A model generated the notes under the pieces. It saw only the letters and a program-made list of their open reading frames with translations. It was not told where the DNA came from and did not search any database. Of a stretch of 64,000 bases of DNA, positions 40,673 through 50,605 are shown piece by piece. The DNA is from a virus. A program made the position numbers and the translations under genes. Each line of letters starts with the position of its first letter. Within the stretch, counting starts at the first letter, position 1. The DNA is taken from IMG/VR virus record IMGVR_UViG_3300042400_000421, positions 22,059-86,058 of that record; one strand, 5' to 3'.

Positions 40673-40694
40673 ATCCTATTAGCATACCACAAAT

Positions 40695-41111
40695 TTAAAG
40701 ACTTGTTGAGAATATGCGGAAATCTAAGTCCATCTGATACCAGCCTTCTTTTTCAAGAGGTTCAATCAAACTAGAACCCAGAAACACAGAGGATTTGAAC
40801 CGATGATTGGCACTTGTAATACCACCAGACTGCTGCACACTGTCCCCATGACCTAATAAATAAATTATTCTTTCTGCTAATTTAAAGAGTCTATCAACAT
40901 CGCTATCATACAAAGAATACCTGACCAAATCATTCCTATTCCAAAACGCCTCTACTGACGGGATTGAAGGACTAAAGAAGTAAACAACAAAAGGAGGGGA
41001 CTCAGTTCCATATCCGATAACTGGGAAGAAGTTCATGGTCTTCCCAGCAATACTTTGAAGAGTTGCATCATTCTTTAAAAATGTATTTACATCATAAACG
41101 CTTATTGTCAT
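40695..41111 (-). CDS. putative tail terminator/completion protein
   Basis: Size, position and PPFVVY motif. Confidence 0.6.
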   Translation of the reverse strand: MTISVYDVNTFLKNDATLQSIAGKTMNFFPVIGYGTESPPFVVYFFSPSIPSVEAFWNRNDLVRYSLYDSDVDRLFKLAERIIYLLGHGDSVQQSGGITSANHRFKSSVFLGSSLIEPLEKEGWYQMDLDFRIFSTSL

Positions 41112-41653
41112 TTCGCTCTACTCCTAACTCTTGGCAAATCAATTATGCCAGTTGCCCCGCCTCTTGGACCAAAGCCAAAACGAGCCAATGCATATTCCAA
41201 GTTCTTAATAATCTGCTCTTTAGCCTCTCTCTTGAGTTCATCTTCATGCCCTGGCATTCTCGGAATTTTTGCATCCCATAATGCGGATGGATAAGGGGGG
41301 ACAGATTCTTTTCTTAATTTCATACGATAATCGCCTTTTGCTTTTACAGAATAAGATTTACGACCTTTAAGAAATACTGAAGCTGCAATATATGCATCAC
41401 CACCAGCAGATGTCTTTGCAGTCTTTGTTGGTGCTATTGTCAATTTATAACCTAATTTACCAGATGCAGCAATAGTGTATTCCAGATATTGTGATGCTGG
41501 ATATTTCCTATAAAGATTTTGACCAAGATTATTTGCTGTACGAAACAAAGCTGATTGCTGGGCAGAAGCAACTCTGTTTGGAAAAGTATCAATTTTATTC
41601 ATAATAGCTTCCATCTGTTTAGTCGCATTAGAATTAATAGTCATTTTAAGCAT
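41108..41653 (-). CDS. putative neck/tail-completion protein
   Basis: Basic protein in the head-tail joining block. Confidence 0.55.
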   Translation of the reverse strand: MLKMTINSNATKQMEAIMNKIDTFPNRVASAQQSALFRTANNLGQNLYRKYPASQYLEYTIAASGKLGYKLTIAPTKTAKTSAGGDAYIAASVFLKGRKSYSVKAKGDYRMKLRKESVPPYPSALWDAKIPRMPGHEDELKREAKEQIIKNLEYALARFGFGPRGGATGIIDLPRVRSRAK

Positions 41654-42020
41654 TTTCAACAACCCTTCTTGCGCCAACAATTAGATGATGAAGTCTTCCA
41701 CCAAAACCCATTTGCTTACGGATACTTATTATTTCCAATGGACCAGTTTCAATTACATTTCCATAACGATCTTTTACATTTAAAATTCTATTATTGTAAG
41801 AGATAAAACCAGAGTCTTGATAAGAAATGTAAAACTTATATTCTTCAATGTTTTCAATATATGGCTCAATTCTTCTTTCGCTGACTCCTGACTGGTAAGA
41901 GGCAGGGATAGTCGCTGTTTTTGTAAATGTTATTGTTTTTTGACCGGCAGCATTTGTATCAGTTATTTTTTGATAAACATCAACCGTGTGTACAAACCTT
42001 AGATATGTTTTTGCTGCCAT
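41646..42020 (-). CDS. head-tail adaptor/stopper
   Basis: Beta-rich, 124 aa, HHLIV near the C-terminus; synteny. Confidence 0.7.
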   Translation of the reverse strand: MAAKTYLRFVHTVDVYQKITDTNAAGQKTITFTKTATIPASYQSGVSERRIEPYIENIEEYKFYISYQDSGFISYNNRILNVKDRYGNVIETGPLEIISIRKQMGFGGRLHHLIVGARRVVENA

Positions 42021-42931
42021 TAGACCACATAATCCATCACAAACAGTGTGTAATCCATAAGCAAGATATCTGCTTCAATGTTCCCCGTTGATTCATAGAA
42101 GTTCTGATTCATATACAACGAGATTGCATCCATGTCAGCTCTATAAATTCCGTGATTACGATATTCAGAGTCATTATTCATAATATCGGCAACAAGAAGT
42201 TGAGCAGCCTGCTTTATATTGTCAGGAACATATCTCCAGCCATAATCTCCAGTTACTTTATAAATAGAGTCATTATTAAATTTTCCAATAAGAAATGTGT
42301 TCTCTAAACTATTAGATTTCTTAAATCTAATGTTCCAGCTTGTATCAAAGCCAAAACCTTGCTTTACTTTTTCAATATTTGATGTATTCTCTCCGTAAAG
42401 AATAAACTCATCATCAGTTCCGGGATCTTGTACAACATCAGTCATTGTTGAGATAGGTAATGGTAATCTAAGGCTCGAAAAACCGTTGCCATTTATAGAG
42501 ATTGAAAGATCCTGATAGAAGTCAAAGGACTGTCCACAGAATGTATTAATTATGTTCCTGACCCTCTTGTTCAGAGCTTCAAAATTGTTGGCAAATGTAT
42601 CCTCAAGTTCTGGATAAAGGTCAAAAAACTCTGAGGCCGTCAAGTAGGGGGTATAGACATTTATATAGTCAGATTGGGTATAGGAAACACCAGATACCGT
42701 ATAGGTAAAATCAACCCTGTGCTTGCCTGCTGAATTTAAAATATAGATTCCCGAACTTCTCTGCCCAAAGGTGATTGTATAAACCCCTGTGCCCGTTCTA
42801 GTGGCGCTGGTTGGACCTGAGACTAGATCGCCGAATTCATGATAGAGCGACACCGATACCAGATTTGAGGTTGGGTCACTTGGCAGGGTTAGTGTAAGGG
42901 TTTTAGATGTGTTGATTTTTACTTCATCCAT
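42020..42931 (-). CDS. head-tail connector (adaptor) protein
   Basis: IINTFCGQSF, YGWRYVPDNIKQAA, TGNIEADILL. Confidence 0.75.
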   Translation of the reverse strand: MDEVKINTSKTLTLTLPSDPTSNLVSVSLYHEFGDLVSGPTSATRTGTGVYTITFGQRSSGIYILNSAGKHRVDFTYTVSGVSYTQSDYINVYTPYLTASEFFDLYPELEDTFANNFEALNKRVRNIINTFCGQSFDFYQDLSISINGNGFSSLRLPLPISTMTDVVQDPGTDDEFILYGENTSNIEKVKQGFGFDTSWNIRFKKSNSLENTFLIGKFNNDSIYKVTGDYGWRYVPDNIKQAAQLLVADIMNNDSEYRNHGIYRADMDAISLYMNQNFYESTGNIEADILLMDYTLFVMDYVV

Positions 42932-42972
42932 TATGCTTTAATTATACAGCATATAGGTTTAGTTGGTAAATC

Positions 42973-43263
42973 TCAAAACCACCAAAAATGTTTCACTATA
43001 GACAAACTGGCTAGGATGACCCAAAGCACATTGAAGAGGATAATTGTTGGCAAAGTCTTGCGGGTTGATGTCCAGATAAGACTTATGCTTGAAATGATGG
43101 CAAAGATATATAACCACCACCATTGTTTATCAAGAAGAAGACCCGGAAAGATAATTGCAATCTTTGTTGCAAATCCCCAAGCCTCTACTGAGTTAACCCT
43201 TGTCCAATAAGAACGACTACTCATCGTCTTGATTGCATCAATTATTTTCTTAAAGAATACCAT
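42973..43263 (-). CDS. small three-TM membrane protein
   Basis: Three hydrophobic stretches; Trp-rich. Confidence 0.65.
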   Translation of the reverse strand: MVFFKKIIDAIKTMSSRSYWTRVNSVEAWGFATKIAIIFPGLLLDKQWWWLYIFAIISSISLIWTSTRKTLPTIILFNVLWVILASLSIVKHFWWF

Positions 43264-44042
43264 TTCTTTTTTTCCTTCATCTCTTGCTCTATTCTAATCT
43301 GGTGCTGTCTATAAATCCGGCTATCATCCCTTTGAGCTAAGCTTCCTTTGCCCATACCATTCCCATTTATAAATCTACGCATTGATTCATTTCCCCAAAT
43401 AATATTTTTAAAATCTCCATGCCTATGATATGGAATCATATGCTGGATAGGTGTTCCGGCTGGAATAGTAAACTCCTTGTCCGTTAAAACATTTATCACA
43501 ACATTTATTTGGTTATAAAAATCAGTATGAACAATGCCCGGAACAATTGTATAATTTTCATTAGGTTCGTGTAGCATTGGTAGCGCAATAAGAGAAACCC
43601 CTTTTGGAGTGCGATATCTCCAAGGTGTTACTAATTTAGGGAATTGACCTGTTTGAACTTTATTATGTTTTGATATAGGACACCCCTCAGCCATTTCTTT
43701 GTTGAAGCCATCAATTGGAAAAGAATAATGATCATTGAAATCAGATGTTTTAAATTCAAAACGCTTACCAGTGGAGTCTGGTCTTATTGTTACATCACAC
43801 CATAGAGGGATTACAAAACCAGCAGTTGAGTAATCGTATACACCTTGGCATCTTCTCAATGAAAAACGGTCATGTGGTAAATCTTTCCACCAAGAAGGTA
43901 ATTTTTTTTCCGTAAGATATGGCGGAATGCCCATGATCCTATTGTCATCAGGGATTATTACAATTTCATTCTTCTTGGGCTTAGGTATATCTTCTAAGAA
44001 ATTTACAACCTTATATTTGTATTTGTTTGAGCGATTCCGCAT
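43242..44042 (-). CDS. hypothetical beta-rich protein of the halogenase/oxygenase cassette
   Basis: LPSWWK, CQGVYDY..GFVIPLW, KLVTPW, PGIVHTD, IPAGTPI; overlaps the halogenase end. Confidence 0.65.
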   Translation of the reverse strand: MRNRSNKYKYKVVNFLEDIPKPKKNEIVIIPDDNRIMGIPPYLTEKKLPSWWKDLPHDRFSLRRCQGVYDYSTAGFVIPLWCDVTIRPDSTGKRFEFKTSDFNDHYSFPIDGFNKEMAEGCPISKHNKVQTGQFPKLVTPWRYRTPKGVSLIALPMLHEPNENYTIVPGIVHTDFYNQINVVINVLTDKEFTIPAGTPIQHMIPYHRHGDFKNIIWGNESMRRFINGNGMGKGSLAQRDDSRIYRQHQIRIEQEMKEKKKWYSLRK

Positions 44043-45480
44043 GGTCTACCTTTGCATGATTTGATTGTTCTATCTTAGCAGAGTCAACAAGATGAATTAC
44101 ATGATCTCTAATATTGAAGTACTCAATTAACCTAGTGGCATTCTCTCTCTTCAAGACCCCTTGCCCTTGTGCAACATGATACAAATGAGGAACATGGAAA
44201 AGTTCAAAATCAACATTGCCAACATCAGTTGCCATTGGGCTGCGTACACTCCATAGATCTAATAAATTATTCAAATACTCTGGCTTTTCCATGTTCTTCT
44301 GGTTTCTCCACATTTCACTATCATCTCTATCAGAAATATAGTGAAGGGAAATCATGGAAACCAAGTTATCCATCATAACATCCATTTTTTTATTAAAGTT
44401 GTTACCGACTATAGAATTAGAATCATCATAGCCTACAAAGTTTTCAATAAAGCACCTAATTTGCTGAATTGTTGAGCTTATTGAAGTAGCCTCTAGTGGT
44501 TCAACAAATGAAGAACACAGACCCAAAGCCAAACAATTCTTATACCACATTTTGTCAAGACTTCCCGGTTCAAATTTAAAAGACTTCTTTGGTGTAACTT
44601 CAAACCCAAGCAAATCTGATACATCCTTTATAGCCTGATCATCCGAAATTAAGTCAGAGTTGAATACATAACCGTTACCCCGCCTGCTTTGAGTTGGAAT
44701 TTCCCAAACCCATCCATTAGCAGTTGCTCTAGCCCGAGTATAGGGTCTAATCTGACCACTGGGGTCAGACTCTGTTGGGAATGCTATAGCAGCATTCATT
44801 TGAAGGAACTTTGAGTAAGACCTCCACTTAGTATTCCCCATTGCATTCATCAAGACTCTGGCTGTACCACTAGCATCAATCCAAAAATCCGATGTTTTTA
44901 CATCCATATTGGATGTCATAACAGATTCGATATATCCATTTTCATTATTCAAATTTACTTTTATAACCTCAGTATCTTCAATACTGATTCCTCTATTTTG
45001 GCATAATTTTTGCAAATAATCATTTAATCTATTTGTATCAAAATGGTATTGATTGACTGATGTATGTGGATTATCCGCTCTGACCTTGTTTTCAATCATA
45101 GCTCTAGATGCAGTATTTTCAGTCAGTGTTTTTCCAGCTTCAACCAATCCATTGTATAAACCACTTATTTGAAAAGGACCTTCATAGGGAACAGACGCAA
45201 CGCTATGGAAATAATCAGGGGTATGCTTTGTCCAATTTTCAAATCGAATACCATTTTTATGAGTAGCATGTGTCTCATTAAGCATTTCTGCAAGGGGTAT
45301 CTTGCAGATATCCATGAACATACGCCAATGTTCTGTGCTACCTTCCCCAACACCAACGATTCCAATCTTTGATGAAGACAATATTGATATATTGAATCTT
45401 GGATAAGCTGCTTTTATCATTAAGCCAGCTAACAGTCCAGCAGTGCCAGATCCAACTATTGTAATGTTCTTTGTATACAT
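44011..45480 (-). CDS. flavin-dependent (tryptophan halogenase family) halogenase
   Basis: GSGTAG FAD motif, GVGEGS, catalytic Lys in ATHKNGIRFENW, YHFD, IDASG, WxWxIP (WVWEIP), FVEPLEATS. Confidence 0.93.
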   Translation of the reverse strand: MYTKNITIVGSGTAGLLAGLMIKAAYPRFNISILSSSKIGIVGVGEGSTEHWRMFMDICKIPLAEMLNETHATHKNGIRFENWTKHTPDYFHSVASVPYEGPFQISGLYNGLVEAGKTLTENTASRAMIENKVRADNPHTSVNQYHFDTNRLNDYLQKLCQNRGISIEDTEVIKVNLNNENGYIESVMTSNMDVKTSDFWIDASGTARVLMNAMGNTKWRSYSKFLQMNAAIAFPTESDPSGQIRPYTRARATANGWVWEIPTQSRRGNGYVFNSDLISDDQAIKDVSDLLGFEVTPKKSFKFEPGSLDKMWYKNCLALGLCSSFVEPLEATSISSTIQQIRCFIENFVGYDDSNSIVGNNFNKKMDVMMDNLVSMISLHYISDRDDSEMWRNQKNMEKPEYLNNLLDLWSVRSPMATDVGNVDFELFHVPHLYHVAQGQGVLKRENATRLIEYFNIRDHVIHLVDSAKIEQSNHAKVDHAESLKQIQI

Positions 45481-46547
45481 ACAACCTTATCTATCATTTT
45501 TTTTGGATCAATACTTGGTGAGTATTGTAAACTATTTTTATTTTCAAAATAAACTTGAATAAGTTCAAGGTAATCTTTGCCCTCATAATCAATATTATTC
45601 CTTGTAACAATGTCATACATAAAAGTATCTATTTGATGTCTTTCTGAGGCAAGAACGCTTGGTGGTATTACAACACCACTTGGATGTGAATTGCTCAAGG
45701 ATGTTAGGGTTCTATACTGGCAATTTGATTTAATAAAATCAGAAAGGACTTCCGGCATTTCTTCTGCTAATTCATTTTCTCTTCCAGTATATGGCTGACC
45801 ATTTAAATACTTGGATAGCCTAGACGGAGGATATTGAGTGGACAACCATTCTTCTAATTCCGATGGGATGTTTAAACTTGCCCATAAAGCCTTTGCCTTT
45901 TGAGAAATCTCAATATGCTCTTGAACATCACTATCCGACACCTTAGCCCATTCATAAATAAGTTTAAGTATTGAAGAATAAGACCTTCCAGCTAGAAGCT
46001 GGTTGAATTCGTCATTAGGGTTTTCATTTTCTACTTGTAGAGTCTCAAAATATGCAATATGACAGACACCAGAAAGGCTAATTGGATTGAATGTTTTGGA
46101 TATCACATAGGGGTTGGTATTTTTAGGAATAAAAAAAGGAAATCCGCCATATTTCCCGTAATCGCATCGAAGCGGGTGTGTTCCATCTTTTGTTTTTGAA
46201 GTACCTTCAATTTTAGAATAGTCTTCAAAACTTGGCAATTCAATGGAATTAACAAATAAAAAAAATTTAAAATAATCAAATACTTTTTTATCTAAAATAT
46301 CAAACATTTGATCAAAATAAGTTAAATTAATATTTATACCATTACAAATAAAATTATGGACACCAACGCCCCTGACTGGGAAGGCAATAATCTTGCCAGA
46401 TTCTGTATTGATTACATCATAATCATTATAAGGAACCAAACCGTCTACGGTATTAACCTTTAAATCAGTATTGCTCACATCCCCTATGAAATAGAAGCTT
46501 TCATAGTCAAGGGGGTTAATTTCATTAATGCTTTTCATATGAACCAT
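45456..46547 (-). CDS. hypothetical protein
   Basis: 363-aa ORF overlapping both the oxygenase and the halogenase; no recognised motif. Confidence 0.7.
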   Translation of the reverse strand: MVHMKSINEINPLDYESFYFIGDVSNTDLKVNTVDGLVPYNDYDVINTESGKIIAFPVRGVGVHNFICNGININLTYFDQMFDILDKKVFDYFKFFLFVNSIELPSFEDYSKIEGTSKTKDGTHPLRCDYGKYGGFPFFIPKNTNPYVISKTFNPISLSGVCHIAYFETLQVENENPNDEFNQLLAGRSYSSILKLIYEWAKVSDSDVQEHIEISQKAKALWASLNIPSELEEWLSTQYPPSRLSKYLNGQPYTGRENELAEEMPEVLSDFIKSNCQYRTLTSLSNSHPSGVVIPPSVLASERHQIDTFMYDIVTRNNIDYEGKDYLELIQVYFENKNSLQYSPSIDPKKMIDKVVCIQRTLQ

Positions 46548-47173
46548 GTTACCAGACTATATTTTACACCATTATCAACTGGGTGCGCTATGTGTGTATA
46601 TGGAAAATTGGATGGGAAAAGAATCACATCATCCTTGTTCAGCTTGACTGTCAAGTTGAAATTATTAAATTCCAATTCTCCTCCATCAAAACCATCTTCC
46701 CCTAGGCAAGCAACCATGCTAAGAATTCTTTCATTTTCGGAACCATGATCATGGTGTATATGGTATTCAGAACCACCTGTGTATTTTAATAAAGAATACC
46801 CTGTCTCTGTTTTTAATGAAAGGTCAAAAAAGTTTCTATAGTCCCAAATGCATTCGTTTAGGGGTGTAAGAATGTTTTCTATAAACTTTCCTTTTAAATC
46901 TTTTAAATCTTCATTAACATCTTCGGATAAGAGTACATTCATTGACATTTCAAGAGAAGTTCTGTAATCGCCAACAAACCCATTGTTTACACCATTGCCA
47001 GTTGATGACTGCATCCATAACAAATATGCCCAATCTCTATTTGCTTCACTTTCAATTAAATTAGTAAAATTTTCACTTTTTAATGCGTTTCTATATATAA
47101 AAATACACGGAGCTTGTTCAAATTTTTCAATTGACAACAAAACTAAATTCCTCTTCTTTATTATCGTCAACAA
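46535..47173 (-). CDS. 2OG-Fe(II) oxygenase (prolyl-4-hydroxylase-like)
   Basis: LLKY...HHD...FDGGEL.F...FPSNFPYTH...KYSLVTW (HxD...H triad). Confidence 0.92.
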   Translation of the reverse strand: MLTIIKKRNLVLLSIEKFEQAPCIFIYRNALKSENFTNLIESEANRDWAYLLWMQSSTGNGVNNGFVGDYRTSLEMSMNVLLSEDVNEDLKDLKGKFIENILTPLNECIWDYRNFFDLSLKTETGYSLLKYTGGSEYHIHHDHGSENERILSMVACLGEDGFDGGELEFNNFNLTVKLNKDDVILFPSNFPYTHIAHPVDNGVKYSLVTWFI

Positions 47174-47531
47174 GAATACTGCACAGATGCTCGCCAGAGG
47201 TTTGACAAAGGTAGTTGTACCTTACAGTGTGCATTTCTTCATAAATAGGTTTAATTGATTCATTGTTTATTAAAAGTTTAATGTTATTCTTTAAAGTTTT
47301 ATATTCATTAATATATCGGATACATTGATGAAAACCAATAGGTGCTTCTGTGTACAACAGACTTAGATCCTTCTTTTCTGGGATTTTAATCACTGACACA
47401 GTGTATCTATTGAAATCAACATCTGTGGATTCTTGCGAATCTCCAATTAAAATTGGAAGACCTGTTTTGATCGCCAACTCTTCTGCGCTAGCAATATGGT
47501 CATCGCTAGGGCAATACACATATCTTCTCAT
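47127..47531 (-). CDS. hypothetical protein
   Basis: Coupled ORF in the cassette. Confidence 0.6.
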   Translation of the reverse strand: MRRYVYCPSDDHIASAEELAIKTGLPILIGDSQESTDVDFNRYTVSVIKIPEKKDLSLLYTEAPIGFHQCIRYINEYKTLKNNIKLLINNESIKPIYEEMHTVRYNYLCQTSGEHLCSILVDDNKEEEFSFVVN

Positions 47532-47764
47532 TACAAGTATCGATTCAGCAAGTCTTTTGTTTGGATATAGTGCTCGTAAGCATTTTTTAATGAAGCAAAT
47601 TTAACAACATCTTCTGGGGATGTTTTGTCGTCAAAAAACCCTGATTCAAAACTGTCAGGATCTATTCCTGCTTGAATCAGACCAGAATACAGACTTCTTT
47701 GAGCTTGTGTTATATTTTCTTCAACAATTTTTTTCTTGTCTTCATCTGTTATGTTAAATATCAT
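47531..47764 (-). CDS. small helical hypothetical protein
   Basis: SD aggag; immediately after the fibre gene. Confidence 0.65.
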   Translation of the reverse strand: MIFNITDEDKKKIVEENITQAQRSLYSGLIQAGIDPDSFESGFFDDKTSPEDVVKFASLKNAYEHYIQTKDLLNRYL

Positions 47765-47772
47765 AAAATCTC

Positions 47773-49872
47773 CTATGTGTTTAAAATTGTAATTACTGAA
47801 CCAGATTGACCTGCTCCACCACCAGACACAGTTCCACCAATTGTTGATGTTACCACCGTGTTGGCTATTGAGTCAGTAATGATAATTATACCACCACCAC
47901 CACCAGTGATGCCAGCTGATCCGGCAGTTGATGAACCAGCAGCGCCTGCAGTTCCACCATTTTTTACGACACTTCCTTGACTTGATACGGACCCCGCTGT
48001 TCTGTAGCGATATGTCCCATGATTGTATTGGTTGTGATACCTTGGCCATGCAGATGCAATATGCCATGCCCCGCATCCGGAAAAGAATTTATCCCCCCCA
48101 TGACCACCGTTATGCTCAACACCCTGATGGGGACCATCATGACCAATATGAAATTCACCGCTTGTGTGTGAGCTATCTGCGATTCTTGCTTCTCCAATAT
48201 TACCTCTATGCCCCGGAGTATGGTCAATGCTATTAATCCCATAGTATGTTCCAGTTAATGAATCAACATGTGCGTTATTGTTATAATCACCGCTGTGATG
48301 TGCATAATTTCCTCCTTGGTTATTTGCAGCACCAAAGTTATAAGTTCCGGGACCATGACCAAAAGTGCGATTAGTTTGTACCCCGCACCAATAAGAACAA
48401 TCCCCCGAACAGGTAGTATGGTGTACCACACCTCTATGAACATGGTGGTAGGTATACCCATGCCTATAATTCTCTGCATAGGCAACATTCGGTCCGCCAT
48501 GTGGAAGATTTGGGGTAGGAGTTGAGGCATGAGGTCCATGTGTTCCATCACCTGTTATATAATGCTTTGAACCATCAACCAAGTGAGTTAATGGTTGATT
48601 AGGAGCTGCTGTACCTGCACTTCCTGTTGAGCTATTTGCACCAACATTTGCATTCTGCCCTTGAGCTAAAATTGTTCCTAATCCAGTGATTTGCTTGGCA
48701 ACAATGAGGACAATACCCCCGCCGATTCCGCCGGTTCCTCCAACAGACGCAGGTGGTGTTGTACCAGCAGTTCCGGGACCGCCCGGTGCAAGAGCATTTC
48801 TGTTAAGTTCACCAGCACCACCATTTGTTGCAGGGGTTAAAGTTCCAGACGCACCAGACGCACCAGCAGCTCCGCCTCTTATTGCAGACACTGTTCCTTC
48901 GGTATCTATCACGATACCAGAAATCAATGTTTCAATATTTTTCCTATCAGAGTCAGTTATTTGTGATGCTGTATATGTATTACCACCAGAATTTCCTCCG
49001 ATGGCTTTTGCGATATTACCAGAGCCAAGGAGCATACGCTCTGCAAGGGTCGAATTAGAATAAAGTTGTTGCGGGATGACTCCAATATTACCAGTAAGAG
49101 TCAGTGTATTTTTTACAAATACACGATAACCGTTTGTATTCAGATGAACTCCGGTATTAATAGTAAGATTGTTGTAGTACATATCTCTAGAAAGAGATGT
49201 GTTTGAGGCAATTACAACAGTACCGTCAGACCCGGTTCCGTAAACTGAGTCATTACCAATTCTTTGAACTGAAGAGGATGGCTCAACTGAGAACATCCGC
49301 ACCGGTCTTACGCTGTGTGATTCAGATTTCAAAGGACCAACGGCATCCAAGTATAGCCACATAGAAGCTCTTGAGAATGCATCGCCATAGATAGTTCCAG
49401 TTTCTTGCGTTGAACCCCAATAGTTAGCATTGCCTAGATTGTCTGGATTGTTAAGGCCTCCTATGTCTCCATTATCATAAAAAAGAGCGGATACCATTTG
49501 ACCAAGTTCAAATGAAGATGGAAGAAACCAGTCATTCTTACCACCAGAAGTGCAAGTTCTAGCCAAAGCTGCTGCTGATGTAGCGGGGTCTGTATTTCCC
49601 TGAGCGATAATGGCTAAAGTATTAGCATAACCAGTTCCATATGCAGTGCCAGTCGCTCCGAGAACATTGGATGTTTGATAAGATGTTTGCGCCCAAGTCC
49701 TTTTAGGATCTGCCCCAACCCCATTCCACCCATAAGGAGCAGCTTCAAAATATTTCCCTGTTTCATTACCGGAAGTTGATGGAGTAGCAAATATAAATCC
49801 ACCGCTTGGACCAATATCGCCAACTGCAAATGTTCTTAATGTTTTAGGACTATATCTTTCTAAACCAGCCAT
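47773..49872 (-). CDS. Gly-rich fibre/decoration protein with N-terminal DUF1566-like (CLec) domain and His-rich insert
   Basis: GTGYANT...DWFLPS..EL...YWGST...VRPVRMF; scaffold shared with 49874..50605; 26 His in the 197 aa encoded by 48591..48001. Confidence 0.75.
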   Translation of the reverse strand: MAGLERYSPKTLRTFAVGDIGPSGGFIFATPSTSGNETGKYFEAAPYGWNGVGADPKRTWAQTSYQTSNVLGATGTAYGTGYANTLAIIAQGNTDPATSAAALARTCTSGGKNDWFLPSSFELGQMVSALFYDNGDIGGLNNPDNLGNANYWGSTQETGTIYGDAFSRASMWLYLDAVGPLKSESHSVRPVRMFSVEPSSSVQRIGNDSVYGTGSDGTVVIASNTSLSRDMYYNNLTINTGVHLNTNGYRVFVKNTLTLTGNIGVIPQQLYSNSTLAERMLLGSGNIAKAIGGNSGGNTYTASQITDSDRKNIETLISGIVIDTEGTVSAIRGGAAGASGASGTLTPATNGGAGELNRNALAPGGPGTAGTTPPASVGGTGGIGGGIVLIVAKQITGLGTILAQGQNANVGANSSTGSAGTAAPNQPLTHLVDGSKHYITGDGTHGPHASTPTPNLPHGGPNVAYAENYRHGYTYHHVHRGVVHHTTCSGDCSYWCGVQTNRTFGHGPGTYNFGAANNQGGNYAHHSGDYNNNAHVDSLTGTYYGINSIDHTPGHRGNIGEARIADSSHTSGEFHIGHDGPHQGVEHNGGHGGDKFFSGCGAWHIASAWPRYHNQYNHGTYRYRTAGSVSSQGSVVKNGGTAGAAGSSTAGSAGITGGGGGIIIITDSIANTVVTSTIGGTVSGGGAGQSGSVITILNT

Positions 49873-49873
49873 A

Positions 49874-50605
49874 TTACACCAATTGAGAGTATATCACTGA
49901 ACCATTGACACAACTTGTTCCGCCTGTTACATTTGTTGTAATTCCAGTTGGTAAGGCTGAATGGGTTGAAACAACAATGATTACTCCACCTCCTCCTCCA
50001 CCGCCACCAGTTAATCCAGAGGCTTTAAAATAAGAAGTTGCGGTTGGGGAAATATAACGAGCAGCGATAATAAGAACTCCACCTCCCGGACCTCCAGAAC
50101 CACCTGCACCCCCTCTTAAAAAGAGTGGTGTTGTGTTGCTTGCGTTAATGACATATCCTTTTACAGATTGGGTTGGTTGGTACCAGAATCCACTTGTCGT
50201 TGTTTTATCGCCTGTACCGCCTTGTGCGACTGTTGGTGGAGTTGCAGTCTGTGTTGCACTGTTTCCTCCAAGGCTATTTGTAACCGCAGTATTAGTAGCA
50301 CCACCACCCGCAATAGAGCCAGTGCCTGAAAAACCAGTCGTCATCGTATAGTTGTTGGCTGTACCTACTCCAATAGTAGAGTTGGAAGCCAGAGTTAAAA
50401 TATTTTTTACAAAAATTCTATAACCCGCAGTATTTAAAACAACATCAGAGTTAACAGTGAGGTTATAATAAAATTGATCAGATGTTAAAGTTGTATTTGC
50501 AGAGATAGTTACTGTACCATCAGAGCCAGTCCCATAGGTTGAATCTGGGGCATCAATGAATGATGAGAAAGCATTTGCGGAAGGAAATCTAGATATACCG
50601 GCCAT
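49874..50605 (-). CDS. Gly-rich virion protein, paralogue of the 47773..49872 scaffold
   Basis: YGTGSDGTV...YYNLTVN...LNTAGYRIFVKN; GGGGGGVIIV. Confidence 0.7.
   Translation of the reverse strand: MAGISRFPSANAFSSFIDAPDSTYGTGSDGTVTISANTTLTSDQFYYNLTVNSDVVLNTAGYRIFVKNILTLASNSTIGVGTANNYTMTTGFSGTGSIAGGGATNTAVTNSLGGNSATQTATPPTVAQGGTGDKTTTSGFWYQPTQSVKGYVINASNTTPLFLRGGAGGSGGPGGGVLIIAARYISPTATSYFKASGLTGGGGGGGGVIIVVSTHSALPTGITTNVTGGTSCVNGSVIYSQLV

Noticed and set aside
46535-47173. 2OG-Fe(II) oxygenase as a TET/JBP DNA-modifying enzyme partnering the methyltransferases and glycosyltransferases
   Set aside because: Motifs (GGEL.F, FPS...H, KYSLVTW) are prolyl-hydroxylase-like, and the gene lies over 30 kb away among structural genes.
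49280-49872. DUF1566/CLec domain as a diversity-generating retroelement target
   Set aside because: No reverse transcriptase and no second near-identical template repeat seen in the window; cannot be excluded elsewhere in the genome.
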